A stretch of DNA of 64,000 nucleotides from Terriglobia bacterium (GCA_963791705.1 CAWBTO010000002.1:85885-149884), one strand, 5' to 3'; numbered from the stretch's first letter, positions 10,120-19,949 are shown. Notes: generated by a model not told the origin, from the letters alone. Numbers and translations: made by a program.

Positions 10120-10175
10120 GGGCCGGGAAAGTAGAAAATAGAAAAGGGAAAATGGTGGACGGCCAGCTGCCGATA

Positions 10176-10210
10176 GCCAACAGCCAACAGCCAACAGCCA
10201 ACAGCCAACA
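10176..10210. repeat. tandem heptamer repeat (GCCAACA) x5
   Basis: Five perfect head-to-tail units read directly from the sequence. They lie in the convergent intergenic region 10120-10336. Confidence 0.9.
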
Positions 10211-10336
10211 GCAGATCCCTCACCCCCATCCGCAAACAACGCGGCTGGGTTCGGGATGACATCTCTCGTTTTGTCGGCACGTTCCGATGGAGCAACGACT
10301 GCGCCCGCCTGAAGGCGTCCCCTACAGGACAGTGGG

Positions 10337-11233
10337 CTATGCGGGGCGGGGCTTGCGCCAGAAGCGGGCGATGGCGGCGAAGTCGGGGTCGTCGGTAGAG
10401 GCGTCCTTGACGGCGGTGAAGGTCGTATAGGCGGCTGCGGCGGCGGGGAGCGGCGTCCCGAGCTGCCGGGCCAATTCGAGGGCGAGGCGCAGGTCCTTGT
10501 GCATCAGTCGCAGCGGGAAGCTGGCCGGGAAGTCGTTTTTAAGGATGAGCGGGGCTTTCACGTCGAGCAGCGGCGAGCGCCCCATGCTCGACTGCATCAC
10601 TTCGATCAGGCGCTCGGCAGGGACTCCGGCGGCGGTGACGAGCGCCAGGGCTTCGACCAGCGCATCCACTTCGAGCGCCAGCAGCAGATTCATGCCGAGC
10701 TTGACGGTCTGGCCCGCGCCGTTGGGCCCGAGGAGGAAGAATCTCTGGCCCATGGCGGCGAGCACCGGCCGGACGCGTTCGAGCACTTCGGCCCTGCCGC
10801 CGACCATAAAGACGAGTTCGCCTTTTTCCGCGCCCCAGGTGCCGCCGGTCACAGGCGCGTCGAGAAAGTCGACGCCGCGTTCGGCGCAGGCGCCGGCGAC
10901 GCGGCGGGCGAGATCCGGCGAGACGGTGCTCGAATCGACGAGCACGCTGCCCGGACGAAGGCCGTCGAGCGCGCCGGTTTTTTCCGCGGCGCCTTGGGGG
11001 CCCCACAGGACCTGTTCGAGGGCGGGGGGATCGCTGACGATGGTGATGAGGACGTCGGCTTGGGTGGCTGCCTCGCGCGGGCTGCCGGCGAGCGTGGCGC
11101 CGGCGCGGACGAGTTCCGCGGCTTTCTTCTGTGAGCGGTTCCACACCACGAGGGGAAAGCCCGCGCGGAGCAGATTGTGTCCCATGGGCCGGCCCATCAG
11201 CCCCAATCCGATCAAACCGACACTCGGCTTCAT
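10337..11233 (-). CDS. NAD(P)-dependent oxidoreductase, 3-hydroxyisobutyrate dehydrogenase family
   Basis: Start MKPSVGLIGLGLMGRPMGHNL (dinucleotide-binding fold). Family-typical GAGQTVKLGMNLLLA. ATG 11233 chosen over the longer ORF start at 11251. Confidence 0.85.
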   Translation of the reverse strand: MKPSVGLIGLGLMGRPMGHNLLRAGFPLVVWNRSQKKAAELVRAGATLAGSPREAATQADVLITIVSDPPALEQVLWGPQGAAEKTGALDGLRPGSVLVDSSTVSPDLARRVAGACAERGVDFLDAPVTGGTWGAEKGELVFMVGGRAEVLERVRPVLAAMGQRFFLLGPNGAGQTVKLGMNLLLALEVDALVEALALVTAAGVPAERLIEVMQSSMGRSPLLDVKAPLILKNDFPASFPLRLMHKDLRLALELARQLGTPLPAAAAAYTTFTAVKDASTDDPDFAAIARFWRKPRPA

Positions 11234-11372
11234 GCGCGCCTCCCGCGGCACAACTATTCTTACTATACCTGCGGGGCGCGGGGGATTGCGCGGCGAACTT
11301 TTGCTGGGCAGGCACGGGGCTGAAACACAGAGGAAACAGAGAAGGCGCAGAGAGCACGGAGAAAGACAGACT

Positions 11373-11408
11373 CACCGCAGAGGCGCAGAGGACGCAGAGA
11401 AGAACACG
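11373..11408 (+). repeat. GCAGAG-rich dispersed intergenic repeat, copy a
   Basis: caccgcagaggcgcagaggacgcagagaagaacacg matches the copies at 16957-17003 and 21079-21123. Confidence 0.75.
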
Positions 11409-11546
11409 TTGAAGGCATAAGGCGTGCCCCTACGGATGGATGGGACCGTGGCAGGGTGTTGCCGGAGTCAGGGGACGAGATTGTGCCGATCACGGCACCG
11501 GATACGAATCCGTTTCAAGAACGTTCATGAGAGATGCAGGTTGGAA

Positions 11547-11798
11547 CTACTTCAGGGTGGGCTTGGTGGATGGGGCGGGGGCCAGCGGTTTTGCGCCGAC
11601 CTTCAGGACGCGGATGACGTAGTCGTAGGGGATTTCGACGCGCATGGCCTTGTCCCGGCCGTCCTGGGAAAAGGTTTCTTCGATGGAAATGGCGTGGCCG
11701 CTGTCGGAGACCAGGGTGCCGGAAACGGTCAGATAAATATCGCCGGTGCGATAGCGTGCCTCAACGTGTTGTCCGAGCAAGGAGGAATACCGCGCCAT
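11547..11798 (-). CDS. hypothetical small protein (83 aa)
   Basis: ORF with balanced amino-acid composition (MARYSSLLGQHVEARYRTGDIYLTVSGTLVSDSGHAISIEE...) and GC-rich third positions. Only a weak SD is present. No family recognised. Confidence 0.45.
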   Translation of the reverse strand: MARYSSLLGQHVEARYRTGDIYLTVSGTLVSDSGHAISIEETFSQDGRDKAMRVEIPYDYVIRVLKVGAKPLAPAPSTKPTLK

Positions 11799-11918
11799 AT
11801 CGCCCCGGTGTTGCTTTTCGAACGCAGGGCCATCGTATCATCAGCGGTGGCGGGCGGCATAATTAACTGCAAAAAGTACTTATGAGATAACGGTCAGAAG
11901 ATCCCGTGGCGCGCGAGG

Positions 11919-14450
11919 CTAGACGAGGGAAAACTCGACGCGATGGCGGAGGGGATCGATGCGTTCGGCGCGGACGCGGACGCGGTCGCCGAGGCGGAAC
12001 AGTTGCTTCTCGGTGGCAGCGCGCGCGCCACGGCCGCCGCGGTGCGGCTCGGTCGCGATGGAGTGGTCGCGGTCGCGGTACAGGCATCGCTGTCCGGTGG
12101 ATTCCTCGAGCCGGTCGATGCTCACCAGGCCTTCGACGAAAATCTCGAGCAGCTCGACGAAGAAACCGAATTTCTGCACGGAAATGATCAGGGCGTCGTA
12201 TTCCTCGCCGAGATGCTGCTCCATGAACTGCGCGGTCTTCCAGTCCATCAACTCGCGTTCGGCGGTGTCGGCGCGGCGCTCGGCTTCCGAGCTTTCGGCG
12301 GCGACCTCCTCGAGTTCGATCCGGCGATACGGCCCGAGAGTGGCGGCCGGCCGCTCGGCGCCGGCGCGCGCGTGGGAGGGCGGGGCGTGCGGGGGTTTGG
12401 CTTCCGGGTTTTCGAGCGCCCATTTGAGGGCGCGGTGGACGATGAGGTCGGGATAGCGGCGAATGGGCGAAGTGAAGTGGGTGTATTCCTCGGTGGCGAG
12501 CGCGAAGTGCCCGAGAACGTCGGCGGCGTAGCGCGCTTGCTTGAGCGAGCGCAGCATCAGGTAGGAAAGGATGCGCTCCTCCGGCTTGCCGGCGATGATC
12601 TTGGTGAGGTGCTGATAATGCTGGGGATGGATGTCGATGTCGGCGGCGCCGGGCAGGAGGACGGCCATGGGCCGCTGGCGTCCTCGGCCGGAGTGGCCGC
12701 CGCGGGCGGGAGGAGGGACGCGGCCGTGGCGGACGGGCACGCGGCGCTCGCTGAGGTCCTCGACGCCGAGCGAGTAGCCGAAGGCCTGGGCGAGTTCCTC
12801 GAACTCGAGGACTTTCTTCGGGTCGGGTTTTTCGTGGACGCGGTGCAGCGAAGCGATGCCACGGCCTTCGAGATATTGGGCCACGGCTTCGTTGGCCGCG
12901 AGCATGAATTCCTCGATGAGGCGGTGGGCGATATTGCGTTCGCTGCGGAGGATGGCGGTCATGCGGCCGACTTCGTCGAATTCGATCACCGGCTCGGGGA
13001 GATCGAAGTCAATCGAGCCGCGGGCGTGGCGGCGGGCGCTGAGCAGCAGGGCCAGTTCTTTCATGCGGCGGAATTCGCCGGCGAGCGAGGCGTAGCGGCG
13101 GCTCATCTCGGGATCGCCCTCGAGAACTTTGTTGACGTTGGTGTAGGTCATGCGCTCGGCCGAACGGATGACGCCGGGAGTGAATTCGGCGCGCAGCATT
13201 TTTCCCTGTGCGTCCATCTCCATGAGCGCGCTCATCACCAGGCGGTCGACGTGGGGATTGAGCGAGCAGATGCCGTTGGAAAGCTCCTCGGGGAGCATGG
13301 GCACGGCGCGGTTGGGGAAATAGACGGAATTGCCGCGGAGGCGCGCTTCACGGTCCAGGGGCGAAGCGGGCCGGACGTAGTGGGCCACATCGGCGATGTG
13401 CACCTGGAGTTCGTAATGACCGCCGGGCAGCGGGCGGACGCACACGGCGTCGTCAAAATCGCGCGCGGTTTCCCCGTCGATGGTCACGATGGGCAGGTCG
13501 CGGAAATCGCGGCGTCCGGTGAGGTGCCAGGCGGGGACGTCCTGGAGCGTGCCGCGGGCCTCGGACAGTGCTTCGTCGGGAAAAATGTGGGGCAGATGAT
13601 GTTTGCGGATGATGATGGCGACGTCGACGCCGATATCGCCGGGGCGCCCGAGAATTTCAATGACGCGCCCGCGGGGCGCCAGGCCGCCCTTGGGGAAGCG
13701 CAGGATTTCGGCGTTGACGACCGCGCCGTCCAGTTCGGGAAGGCGCAGGGAGCGGCCGGGCGCGGGAGCGGCGGCGTGCCGCGCGCGGAGGGTCTCCTGG
13801 AGTTCGGCGGTGAGTTCGTCGCCCGGGGAAATCAGAACCTCGTGCAAGATGCGCGGGTCGTAGGGCAGGACGTGGTTGGCGTGCGGGCCATAGCGGAACA
13901 GGCCAACCACGGTGGGATGTTCGCGCTGGACAACTTCGACGACGCGGCCTTCTGCGCGGCCGTCGGGGCGGCGCCGCACGACGCGGGCGAGCACGCGGTC
14001 GCCGTGCATGGCGTCTTCGATATTGTCGCGGCCGATGAAGAGATCGCCTTCGACCCGGGGGATGGGTTTGTCCGGGACGACGAAACCGTAGCCGTCGCGA
14101 TGGGCCACCAGGCGTCCGGAGATGAGATTGGGGTCGCGAGAATGGGCCGGCGCAGCGGTGCGCGCCGCGGGTCTTTCCGCCGCTGCTGCGGGCGCAGTTT
14201 CGCGCGCGGCCGTCTTCTGGCCCGCCAGACGATAACGTCCGCCGCGCACCTCCTCGATCTCCCCGCGCTGGCGAAGTTGATGGATGACTCTGGGCAGGAA
14301 ACGCCGGCCCGTGTGCTGGAGTTCCATGCCGTGGGCGATCTCGCGGATGCTGGCGGGGCGGGAAAGCGTGGCCAGATGAGCCAGCACCTGATCGGCGCCG
14401 ATGTCGCTCGGGCTGGGTACTTTCTTCGGGTGTGTGAATTTACGCTTCAC
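11919..14450 (-). CDS. rnr: ribonuclease R (RNB family 3'-5' exoribonuclease with C-terminal S1 domain)
   Basis: RNB-domain translation (DLPIVTIDGETARDFDDAV..., SPIRRYPDLIVHR). S1-like C-terminus. GTG 14450 chosen; the longer ORF to 14732 adds an Arg/Pro-rich extension judged non-coding. Confidence 0.88.
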   Translation of the reverse strand: MKRKFTHPKKVPSPSDIGADQVLAHLATLSRPASIREIAHGMELQHTGRRFLPRVIHQLRQRGEIEEVRGGRYRLAGQKTAARETAPAAAAERPAARTAAPAHSRDPNLISGRLVAHRDGYGFVVPDKPIPRVEGDLFIGRDNIEDAMHGDRVLARVVRRRPDGRAEGRVVEVVQREHPTVVGLFRYGPHANHVLPYDPRILHEVLISPGDELTAELQETLRARHAAAPAPGRSLRLPELDGAVVNAEILRFPKGGLAPRGRVIEILGRPGDIGVDVAIIIRKHHLPHIFPDEALSEARGTLQDVPAWHLTGRRDFRDLPIVTIDGETARDFDDAVCVRPLPGGHYELQVHIADVAHYVRPASPLDREARLRGNSVYFPNRAVPMLPEELSNGICSLNPHVDRLVMSALMEMDAQGKMLRAEFTPGVIRSAERMTYTNVNKVLEGDPEMSRRYASLAGEFRRMKELALLLSARRHARGSIDFDLPEPVIEFDEVGRMTAILRSERNIAHRLIEEFMLAANEAVAQYLEGRGIASLHRVHEKPDPKKVLEFEELAQAFGYSLGVEDLSERRVPVRHGRVPPPARGGHSGRGRQRPMAVLLPGAADIDIHPQHYQHLTKIIAGKPEERILSYLMLRSLKQARYAADVLGHFALATEEYTHFTSPIRRYPDLIVHRALKWALENPEAKPPHAPPSHARAGAERPAATLGPYRRIELEEVAAESSEAERRADTAERELMDWKTAQFMEQHLGEEYDALIISVQKFGFFVELLEIFVEGLVSIDRLEESTGQRCLYRDRDHSIATEPHRGGRGARAATEKQLFRLGDRVRVRAERIDPLRHRVEFSLV

Positions 14451-14626
14451 GGGGCTGGTCCACGACCCACAGGCTACTGGAATTTTCGTGTCGAGGCAAA
14501 GTTTGTATTGCGGGTGAGCGTTCGGTGAATGGCCGGCGGAGAGTCTGGCCGGTCCCGATTCGCGGGACCGGCCGCTACAAAATCGGTCTCTTCCGCGGGC
14601 TCTGTGCCTGCTCTGTGGAATCACTT

Positions 14627-16240
14627 CTAGCGCGGAGGCGTGGAAGGGGCGGGAAGACCGAGGATGGCGATTTTGCCGTCGGGCTGGATTTCCAGGGCGG
14701 GCGCGTATTCGCCCAGGAGTTCCCGCCGCCACCAGGCGCCTTCATAGCGCTTGGTGCCGGCATCGGTAAACCAGTAGCGATAGAGGACGGTGCGGACGCG
14801 GAGCGGCGGCGTCTGGGCAAACGGGTTGCCGGCAAACAGCGCGAGCACGTCGGGCTCGTTCTCCAGGAGGCGCTCCTCGGTCCAGATCACGAAGCGATGG
14901 TGGGGCCACGACTCCAGGGAGGCGAACCAGAGGTTCCATTCGAAGCGCGGCTGGTAGGGAGCGTAGATGCCGGGAGCCTTGTAGGGGTCCTGCGGCTTGT
15001 AACGGAAGGGGTAGGCGGTCCATGTGTGTCCGTCGAGGGAGCCTTGGAATTCGATTTCGTAGCGCGCGTGGGTCATGACGGCGAATAGGCCGTAGGTGTT
15101 GGCGATGCGGAAGGGCGCGAGCAGGCGCACCGGCTTTTCCATCCACGGTGACTCGAGTTGCGGGAATATTTCCCAAGCGAGTTGCACGGTGCTGGCGTAA
15201 AAGATCGTGGCGAAGCAGAGGCCGGCGACGGCCATGCGCACCGGCGCCCACTGCCGGCGCCACAGCGCGCGCGGCCCGGCGGGCGCTTCCGCGGCCTCGT
15301 CCGGCCGCCCGGCGATCAAGCTCTGGATCGAGCGCGGCAAGATCCATTCGAGCAGGCGATCGTCGAGCAACAGGAAGCCGAGGGAGAGGACCAGATAGTT
15401 CAGAAAGGTGTAGTTGGCGCTGAGAATGATGGCGATTTGAAACGGCGTCAGGATACAGAAGCAGGCGATGCGGAATCGCCGCGGAAGCAAAAACATCCAG
15501 GCCAGCACGAGTTCGACGGCGAGGGTGAGGAACACGGTGGAGGCATGGAACCAGTGCGGGAAGTGCTGCACGTACCAGCCGATCCAGGTAGGTAGCGGGC
15601 CGTTCTGGTAGTAGTCGTCCATGGCCGTGAAGTGGCGCCAGGAAAAATCGTGGCTGGCGAGTTTTACCACGCCGGATGCGAAATAGATTCGAAACCATTC
15701 CCATTGCAGCAGGAAGCGGCTGGCGCGCGAGGGCGGGTTGGCGCGCCCCAGCGCGGGCCGCCATCCCGGAGGGGCGAAGAAAAGCGCGAGGAAGCCGGCT
15801 TCCAACAGCATGCCGTCGGATTGGTAGTTGGAAAAATCCTGGCCGACGCTGACGAAGGAAAGAAAACAGACGAAAGAAACCACCAGCGCCGCGCGCGGCC
15901 AGACGTTGAGCACCAGCAGCAGGGACGCCACCATGCCGGCCCAGCAGAGCAAGGCCATGGCGTGGTCACTCGCGCCCAGCCACAGGAGCGTGGGCGCGTA
16001 CCAGAATCGCAGGGAGTGCATGGCCGCCGAGACGGCCTGGAGGTAATCATCGGCGGGAAGAATTCCGCCGGGCCCGATCAGGCCCTTGATTTGAAACACC
16101 AGGGAATAGAACGCGGAAAAGTAGATGAGCCCGAGGGCGCGGAGGAAAATCCAGCGCGGCCAGAGATGAGCGGGCCGCTGGGTGCCGGTGGGCTCAGGCC
16201 CCAGCAGCCATCGAACGGCGGTTTCCAGCCATTGTTCCAT
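14627..16240 (-). CDS. lipase maturation factor (LMF1-like) family integral membrane protein
   Basis: 537-aa polytopic protein. N-terminal pattern WPRWIFLRALGLIYFSAFYSLVFQIKGLIGPGGILP and a C-terminal soluble part (RFEWNLWFASL...) resemble the LMF family as I recall it. Confidence 0.7.
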   Translation of the reverse strand: MEQWLETAVRWLLGPEPTGTQRPAHLWPRWIFLRALGLIYFSAFYSLVFQIKGLIGPGGILPADDYLQAVSAAMHSLRFWYAPTLLWLGASDHAMALLCWAGMVASLLLVLNVWPRAALVVSFVCFLSFVSVGQDFSNYQSDGMLLEAGFLALFFAPPGWRPALGRANPPSRASRFLLQWEWFRIYFASGVVKLASHDFSWRHFTAMDDYYQNGPLPTWIGWYVQHFPHWFHASTVFLTLAVELVLAWMFLLPRRFRIACFCILTPFQIAIILSANYTFLNYLVLSLGFLLLDDRLLEWILPRSIQSLIAGRPDEAAEAPAGPRALWRRQWAPVRMAVAGLCFATIFYASTVQLAWEIFPQLESPWMEKPVRLLAPFRIANTYGLFAVMTHARYEIEFQGSLDGHTWTAYPFRYKPQDPYKAPGIYAPYQPRFEWNLWFASLESWPHHRFVIWTEERLLENEPDVLALFAGNPFAQTPPLRVRTVLYRYWFTDAGTKRYEGAWWRRELLGEYAPALEIQPDGKIAILGLPAPSTPPR

Positions 16241-16321
16241 CGGCCGCGATTATACAGAGAGCGCCGCGCGAATGCCTTCGGATTTGCGACCCGGGCTTGC
16301 GATGCCGGCTGCCGCCGTGGG

Positions 16322-16801
16322 CTACTGTTGCGGGTACGAGCCCGGCAGGGAGCGGAGATAGGCGATGATGGCCTGGGCGTCCGCGTGATTCATGTGATAG
16401 ATGTGCATGGGCGGCTGGATGGACAGGCCGTTGGGCCCGATGCCGCGTTCGAGAATTTCCTCACCCTGTTCCTCGGTGTATCCCTGAAAGCCGGCCAGGC
16501 CCGGAGCGCGCATGGCCCACTTGGTGGTGGGGTGCACGGGCATGATCCAGATGGAGGCGCCTTGCAGCCAGCGGGACTTGTCGATTTCGCCGCTGGCGTC
16601 GCGCGGGGTGTGGCATTCCTGGCACATGGCCACGTTTTCGACCAGGTAACGTCCGCGCTCGATCTGGCTTTGCTGAGCCGGGGCGCTGGAAGTTTTCTGA
16701 GCGGGCGGGGCGGAACGTTCGCGCGAAGACAGGCGCGCGGCCCCCGCGGCGAAGGCGACCAAAATGAGCAGACCGAACATCCATCGAAAACGTGCGTTCA
16801 T
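16322..16801 (-). CDS. c-type cytochrome (single haem-binding CxxCH), secreted or membrane-anchored
   Basis: Signal/anchor MNARFRWMFGLLILVAFAAGAA. Haem motif CQECH. Confidence 0.75.
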   Translation of the reverse strand: MNARFRWMFGLLILVAFAAGAARLSSRERSAPPAQKTSSAPAQQSQIERGRYLVENVAMCQECHTPRDASGEIDKSRWLQGASIWIMPVHPTTKWAMRAPGLAGFQGYTEEQGEEILERGIGPNGLSIQPPMHIYHMNHADAQAIIAYLRSLPGSYPQQ

Positions 16802-16956
16802 AAAGTTTCGATCCTGGGTTGCATGGGATGCGGCGCTCCGCCGGAACAACGGCGGGCCACCGCTCGAACGCCGAAGTATCGCAAAAAGGGCGTTTCGCTG
16901 TCCATGATGTTTTTCGGCCCCTGTGCGCGGTTGGAGTAAGCGGGGGAAGGGGATCG

Positions 16957-17003
16957 CACTGCGGAGGCGCAGAGAACGCAGAGAGAATCGAGAAGAAACG
17001 ACC
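16957..17003 (+). repeat. GCAGAG-rich dispersed intergenic repeat, copy b
   Basis: cactgcggaggcgcagagaacgcagagagaatcgagaagaaacgacc is near-identical to 21079-21123. Confidence 0.8.
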
Positions 17004-17025
17004 GTGCTTGGAAGGCCCTATTTCA

Positions 17026-18225
17026 TCAGTGCGAAAGGCGCGCCAGGGCCCAGCGGGCGTGCTCCGCGATCAAGGCATCGTCGGATGCGGCGAGGCCTTC
17101 GAGGAGGCGGGCGATGCGCGGATAGCCGGCATGCCCGCGCGGGACGCCGGAATTGCCCAGCGCCACGCAGGCATTGCGGACCACGCCGCGCCACTTGGCC
17201 CGTTTGACGGCGCTGCGGCGGAAGGTGGCGCTGAATTGCTGCGACGAAAGCGAGGCGAGCCATTCCAGCTCCGGGGCGAAGAGAGAAGACCGCGGCGCAT
17301 CCGCGGGCGTCTCAGCGTTTCCCATGTCGGATTGCGACTGGGCGAGCGCGGCCAGTTCCCTGGGCTGCAACGCGGCGAGGGTTGTGACGGGGGCCTTGCG
17401 ATTCCAGGGGCAGACGTCCTGGCAGATATCGCAGCCGATGACCGCGCGGCCCATCTGGGGGCGCAGCTCTTCGGGAATCGCGCCCCGCAGCTCGATCGTG
17501 AGGTAGGAGATGCAGCGGCGGGCGTCGAGCACGTAGGGTGCCGGGAAGGCCTGCGTGGGGCAGGCGTCGAGGCAGCGCGTGCACGTGCCGCAGAGGTCGG
17601 GCGGAGGGGATTGGGCGGGGCCGAGGGAGGGCTCGAGCTCGAGCGTCGTGACGATGACGCCCAGGAAAAGCCACGAGCCGAGGCGCGGGTGGATCAGGCA
17701 TGTATTCTTCGCCAGCCAGCCGAGGCCGGCGTATTTCGCGGCCACGCGTTCGAGGATGGGTCCGGTGTCGGTGTAGGCGCGGGCGTCGAAGCTTTCGGCG
17801 AATTGCGCGCGCATTTCGGCGAGCAGGGCCTGCAACTTTTCCTGGATCACCTCGTGGTAATCGTCCCCCCAGGCGTAGCGGGAAATCCAGCCGCGCGGCG
17901 GCGCATCCGCGGTGGCCGGGGGCAATTCCGTCGAGCGGGAGTGCGGCGCGTTGTAATTGAGCGCCACGACGATGAGGTTCCGCGCGCCTTTGAGCACGAG
18001 CCGCGGGTGCGCGCGGCGCGGGTCGTGAAGGTACTTCATCTCCCCGGCGTAGCCTCGCGCCAGCCATTCCGGCAGGTGGCGGAGTTCGTCGAAAGCCGCC
18101 AGAGCGCTAGCCGGTGGTAGTGTCGAGGGGTTGAGTTCTTCCGGCACGGCCACGACGCCGCACAGTTCGAACCCGGCGGCGCGGGCCTGCTTGGTGATCC
18201 AGAGCGTGCGCTCGGCCGGCGTCAT
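17026..18225 (-). CDS. queG: epoxyqueuosine reductase
   Basis: Two 4Fe-4S ferredoxin motifs, CGTCTRCLDACPT and CDICQDVCPWN. The C-terminal region looks HEAT-like. Start ATG 18225 chosen by similarity of the N-terminus to QueG proteins. Confidence 0.85.
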   Translation of the reverse strand: MTPAERTLWITKQARAAGFELCGVVAVPEELNPSTLPPASALAAFDELRHLPEWLARGYAGEMKYLHDPRRAHPRLVLKGARNLIVVALNYNAPHSRSTELPPATADAPPRGWISRYAWGDDYHEVIQEKLQALLAEMRAQFAESFDARAYTDTGPILERVAAKYAGLGWLAKNTCLIHPRLGSWLFLGVIVTTLELEPSLGPAQSPPPDLCGTCTRCLDACPTQAFPAPYVLDARRCISYLTIELRGAIPEELRPQMGRAVIGCDICQDVCPWNRKAPVTTLAALQPRELAALAQSQSDMGNAETPADAPRSSLFAPELEWLASLSSQQFSATFRRSAVKRAKWRGVVRNACVALGNSGVPRGHAGYPRIARLLEGLAASDDALIAEHARWALARLSH

Positions 18226-18468
18226 GCCTCCATGATGCCTCAGCGGGCCCCGGTAGAAAAACGGTTCCGCCTGGACTTTTACCCGATCGCTACAATTCTG
18301 GTGCGGTGCCACAGGTGGGCACGGCGTGCCGTGCCCCTACGGAGCCAGTTGGTTAGCGATTCGATCGACGATGATTTGCACTCGGGCGGGGCCACCTGTG
18401 TTTTGCTTGTCACCGCAGCGTGGGATTGCATACAATCACGGGCTGCTCTCATAACAGAGGAGAAGTAG

Positions 18469-19467
18469 ATGAGTCGACGGATCGCCGCAAAAATCACGGG
18501 TGTGGCCGGGTACGTGCCGCCGCACGTGGTCACCAACGCCGAGCTGGAAAAGAGGGTGGACACGACGGACGAGTGGATTCGCAGCCGCACGGGGATTCGC
18601 CAGCGTCACTACGCCGATCCGGGCATGGGAACGTCGCAGCTGGGGACGGAGGCTGCGAAGAAAGTGTTGGCCGCCACGGGCACGCGGCCCGAGGAAATCG
18701 AGATGATCGTGGTGGCCACGGTCACGCCGGACATGATGTTTCCCGCCACGGCCTGCCTGATTCAGGACCGCATCGGGGCGACCAAGGCCTGGGGATTCGA
18801 TCTTTCGGCGGCCTGCTCGGGATTTGCGTACGCCCTGACGGTCGGCGCGCAATTCGTCGGCGCGGGGACGCACAAGAAGGTTCTGGTGGTGGGCAGCGAC
18901 GTGATGACGTCGATTCTGGATTTCAAGGACCGCGCCACCTGTGTGCTGTTCGGCGACGGAGCTGGCGCGGTGCTGCTGGAGCCCGCCACGTCGCCGGCCG
19001 AAGGCATTCTGGATTTCGCGCACGATGTGGACGGGTCGGGCGGGACGAATCTGTACATGCCCGCCGGGGGTTCGCTCCATCCGGCATCGCACGAGACCGT
19101 GGACCAGCGCATGCACTACGTCCATCAGGAAGGGGCGCAGGTCTTCAAATACGCGGTGCGGCGCATGGCCGACATGGCGTGCTCGATTTTGGAGCGCAAC
19201 GGGTATACCAGCAGCGATCTGGCGCTGGTAGTGCCGCATCAGGCGAATCTGCGCATCATCCGCGCGATGCAGGAGCGGCTGGGCGTGGACGATTCGAAGA
19301 TTCTGATCAACATCGATCATTACGGCAATACGACCGCGGCAACGATTCCGCTGGGGCTGGTCGATGCCATCGAGCAGAAGCGCGTGCGCAAGGGCGACCT
19401 GATCCTGCTGATTTCGGTGGGCGCGGGATATACCGCAGGCGCCATCCTCATGCGCTGGGCCTACTGA
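18469..19467 (+). CDS. fabH: 3-oxoacyl-ACP synthase III
   Basis: Active-site context [10 protein letters not shown], plus HQANLRI and GNTTAATIP. 332 aa. Confidence 0.92.
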   Translation: MSRRIAAKITGVAGYVPPHVVTNAELEKRVDTTDEWIRSRTGIRQRHYADPGMGTSQLGTEAAKKVLAATGTRPEEIEMIVVATVTPDMMFPATACLIQDRIGATKAWGFDLSAACSGFAYALTVGAQFVGAGTHKKVLVVGSDVMTSILDFKDRATCVLFGDGAGAVLLEPATSPAEGILDFAHDVDGSGGTNLYMPAGGSLHPASHETVDQRMHYVHQEGAQVFKYAVRRMADMACSILERNGYTSSDLALVVPHQANLRIIRAMQERLGVDDSKILINIDHYGNTTAATIPLGLVDAIEQKRVRKGDLILLISVGAGYTAGAILMRWAY

Positions 19468-19523
19468 GAATTCCGAAGCAGAGGGCGGCTCGGCGGGATG
19501 CCGGAGCCGCTCCAGATGGCGCG

Positions 19524-19949
19524 CTACGGCCGCCGGGGCCACCAGAGCAGCATGAGAGCAATGCCGGTGATGTAGAACGGCGCGGCTTGCGCGGGCGTAG
19601 CCCCCAGGAATCGTTGCGCAAATCCGAACAACACCACGCATTCCACCATGACATCGGTCAGAACCGTCCCGCTTTTCCAGCTTCCCAGTGCGTCGCGATC
19701 ATCGGGTTTGGCCTGAAGCGCGTCGAGCGCCGGCCGAATCTTTTTCGTCCTCACGAACAGAGCGAATCCGATGGCCGACAAGCTGAAGAACCCGAAGGCG
19801 AGGGGGAATACTGGGTTGAGAACCCGGGGCGGATGCGGGACGACCTTCTCCGCGACACCGATGTAGAGAACCATTGAAAGCAGGATGGCAGAGTGCAAGA
19901 CGTGCAGATTCCGAAGAGTGCCCTCGATAGTATTGGCGGGTTGCTGCAC
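19524..19949 (-). CDS. hypothetical membrane protein (about 4 predicted TM helices)
   Basis: Hydrophobic segments LHSAILLSMVLYIGV, FPLAFGFFSLSAIGFALFV, VMVECVVLFGFA and FYITGIALMLLWW. No family recognised. Confidence 0.5.
   Translation of the reverse strand: MQQPANTIEGTLRNLHVLHSAILLSMVLYIGVAEKVVPHPPRVLNPVFPLAFGFFSLSAIGFALFVRTKKIRPALDALQAKPDDRDALGSWKSGTVLTDVMVECVVLFGFAQRFLGATPAQAAPFYITGIALMLLWWPRRP

Noticed and set aside
11943-14528. 861-aa plus-strand ORF.
   Set aside because: It is antisense to RNase R, whose RNB and S1 motifs are unambiguous. Its composition is dominated by G/A/R/V/D.
14451-14732. Upstream extension of the RNase R ORF that overlaps the LMF-like gene end.
   Set aside because: The extension is low complexity (RPGNPARRQNRHPRSSRP...). 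GTG 14450 gives an N-terminus (VKRKFTHPKKVPSPSD...) consistent with RNase R HTH/cold-shock N-terminal regions.
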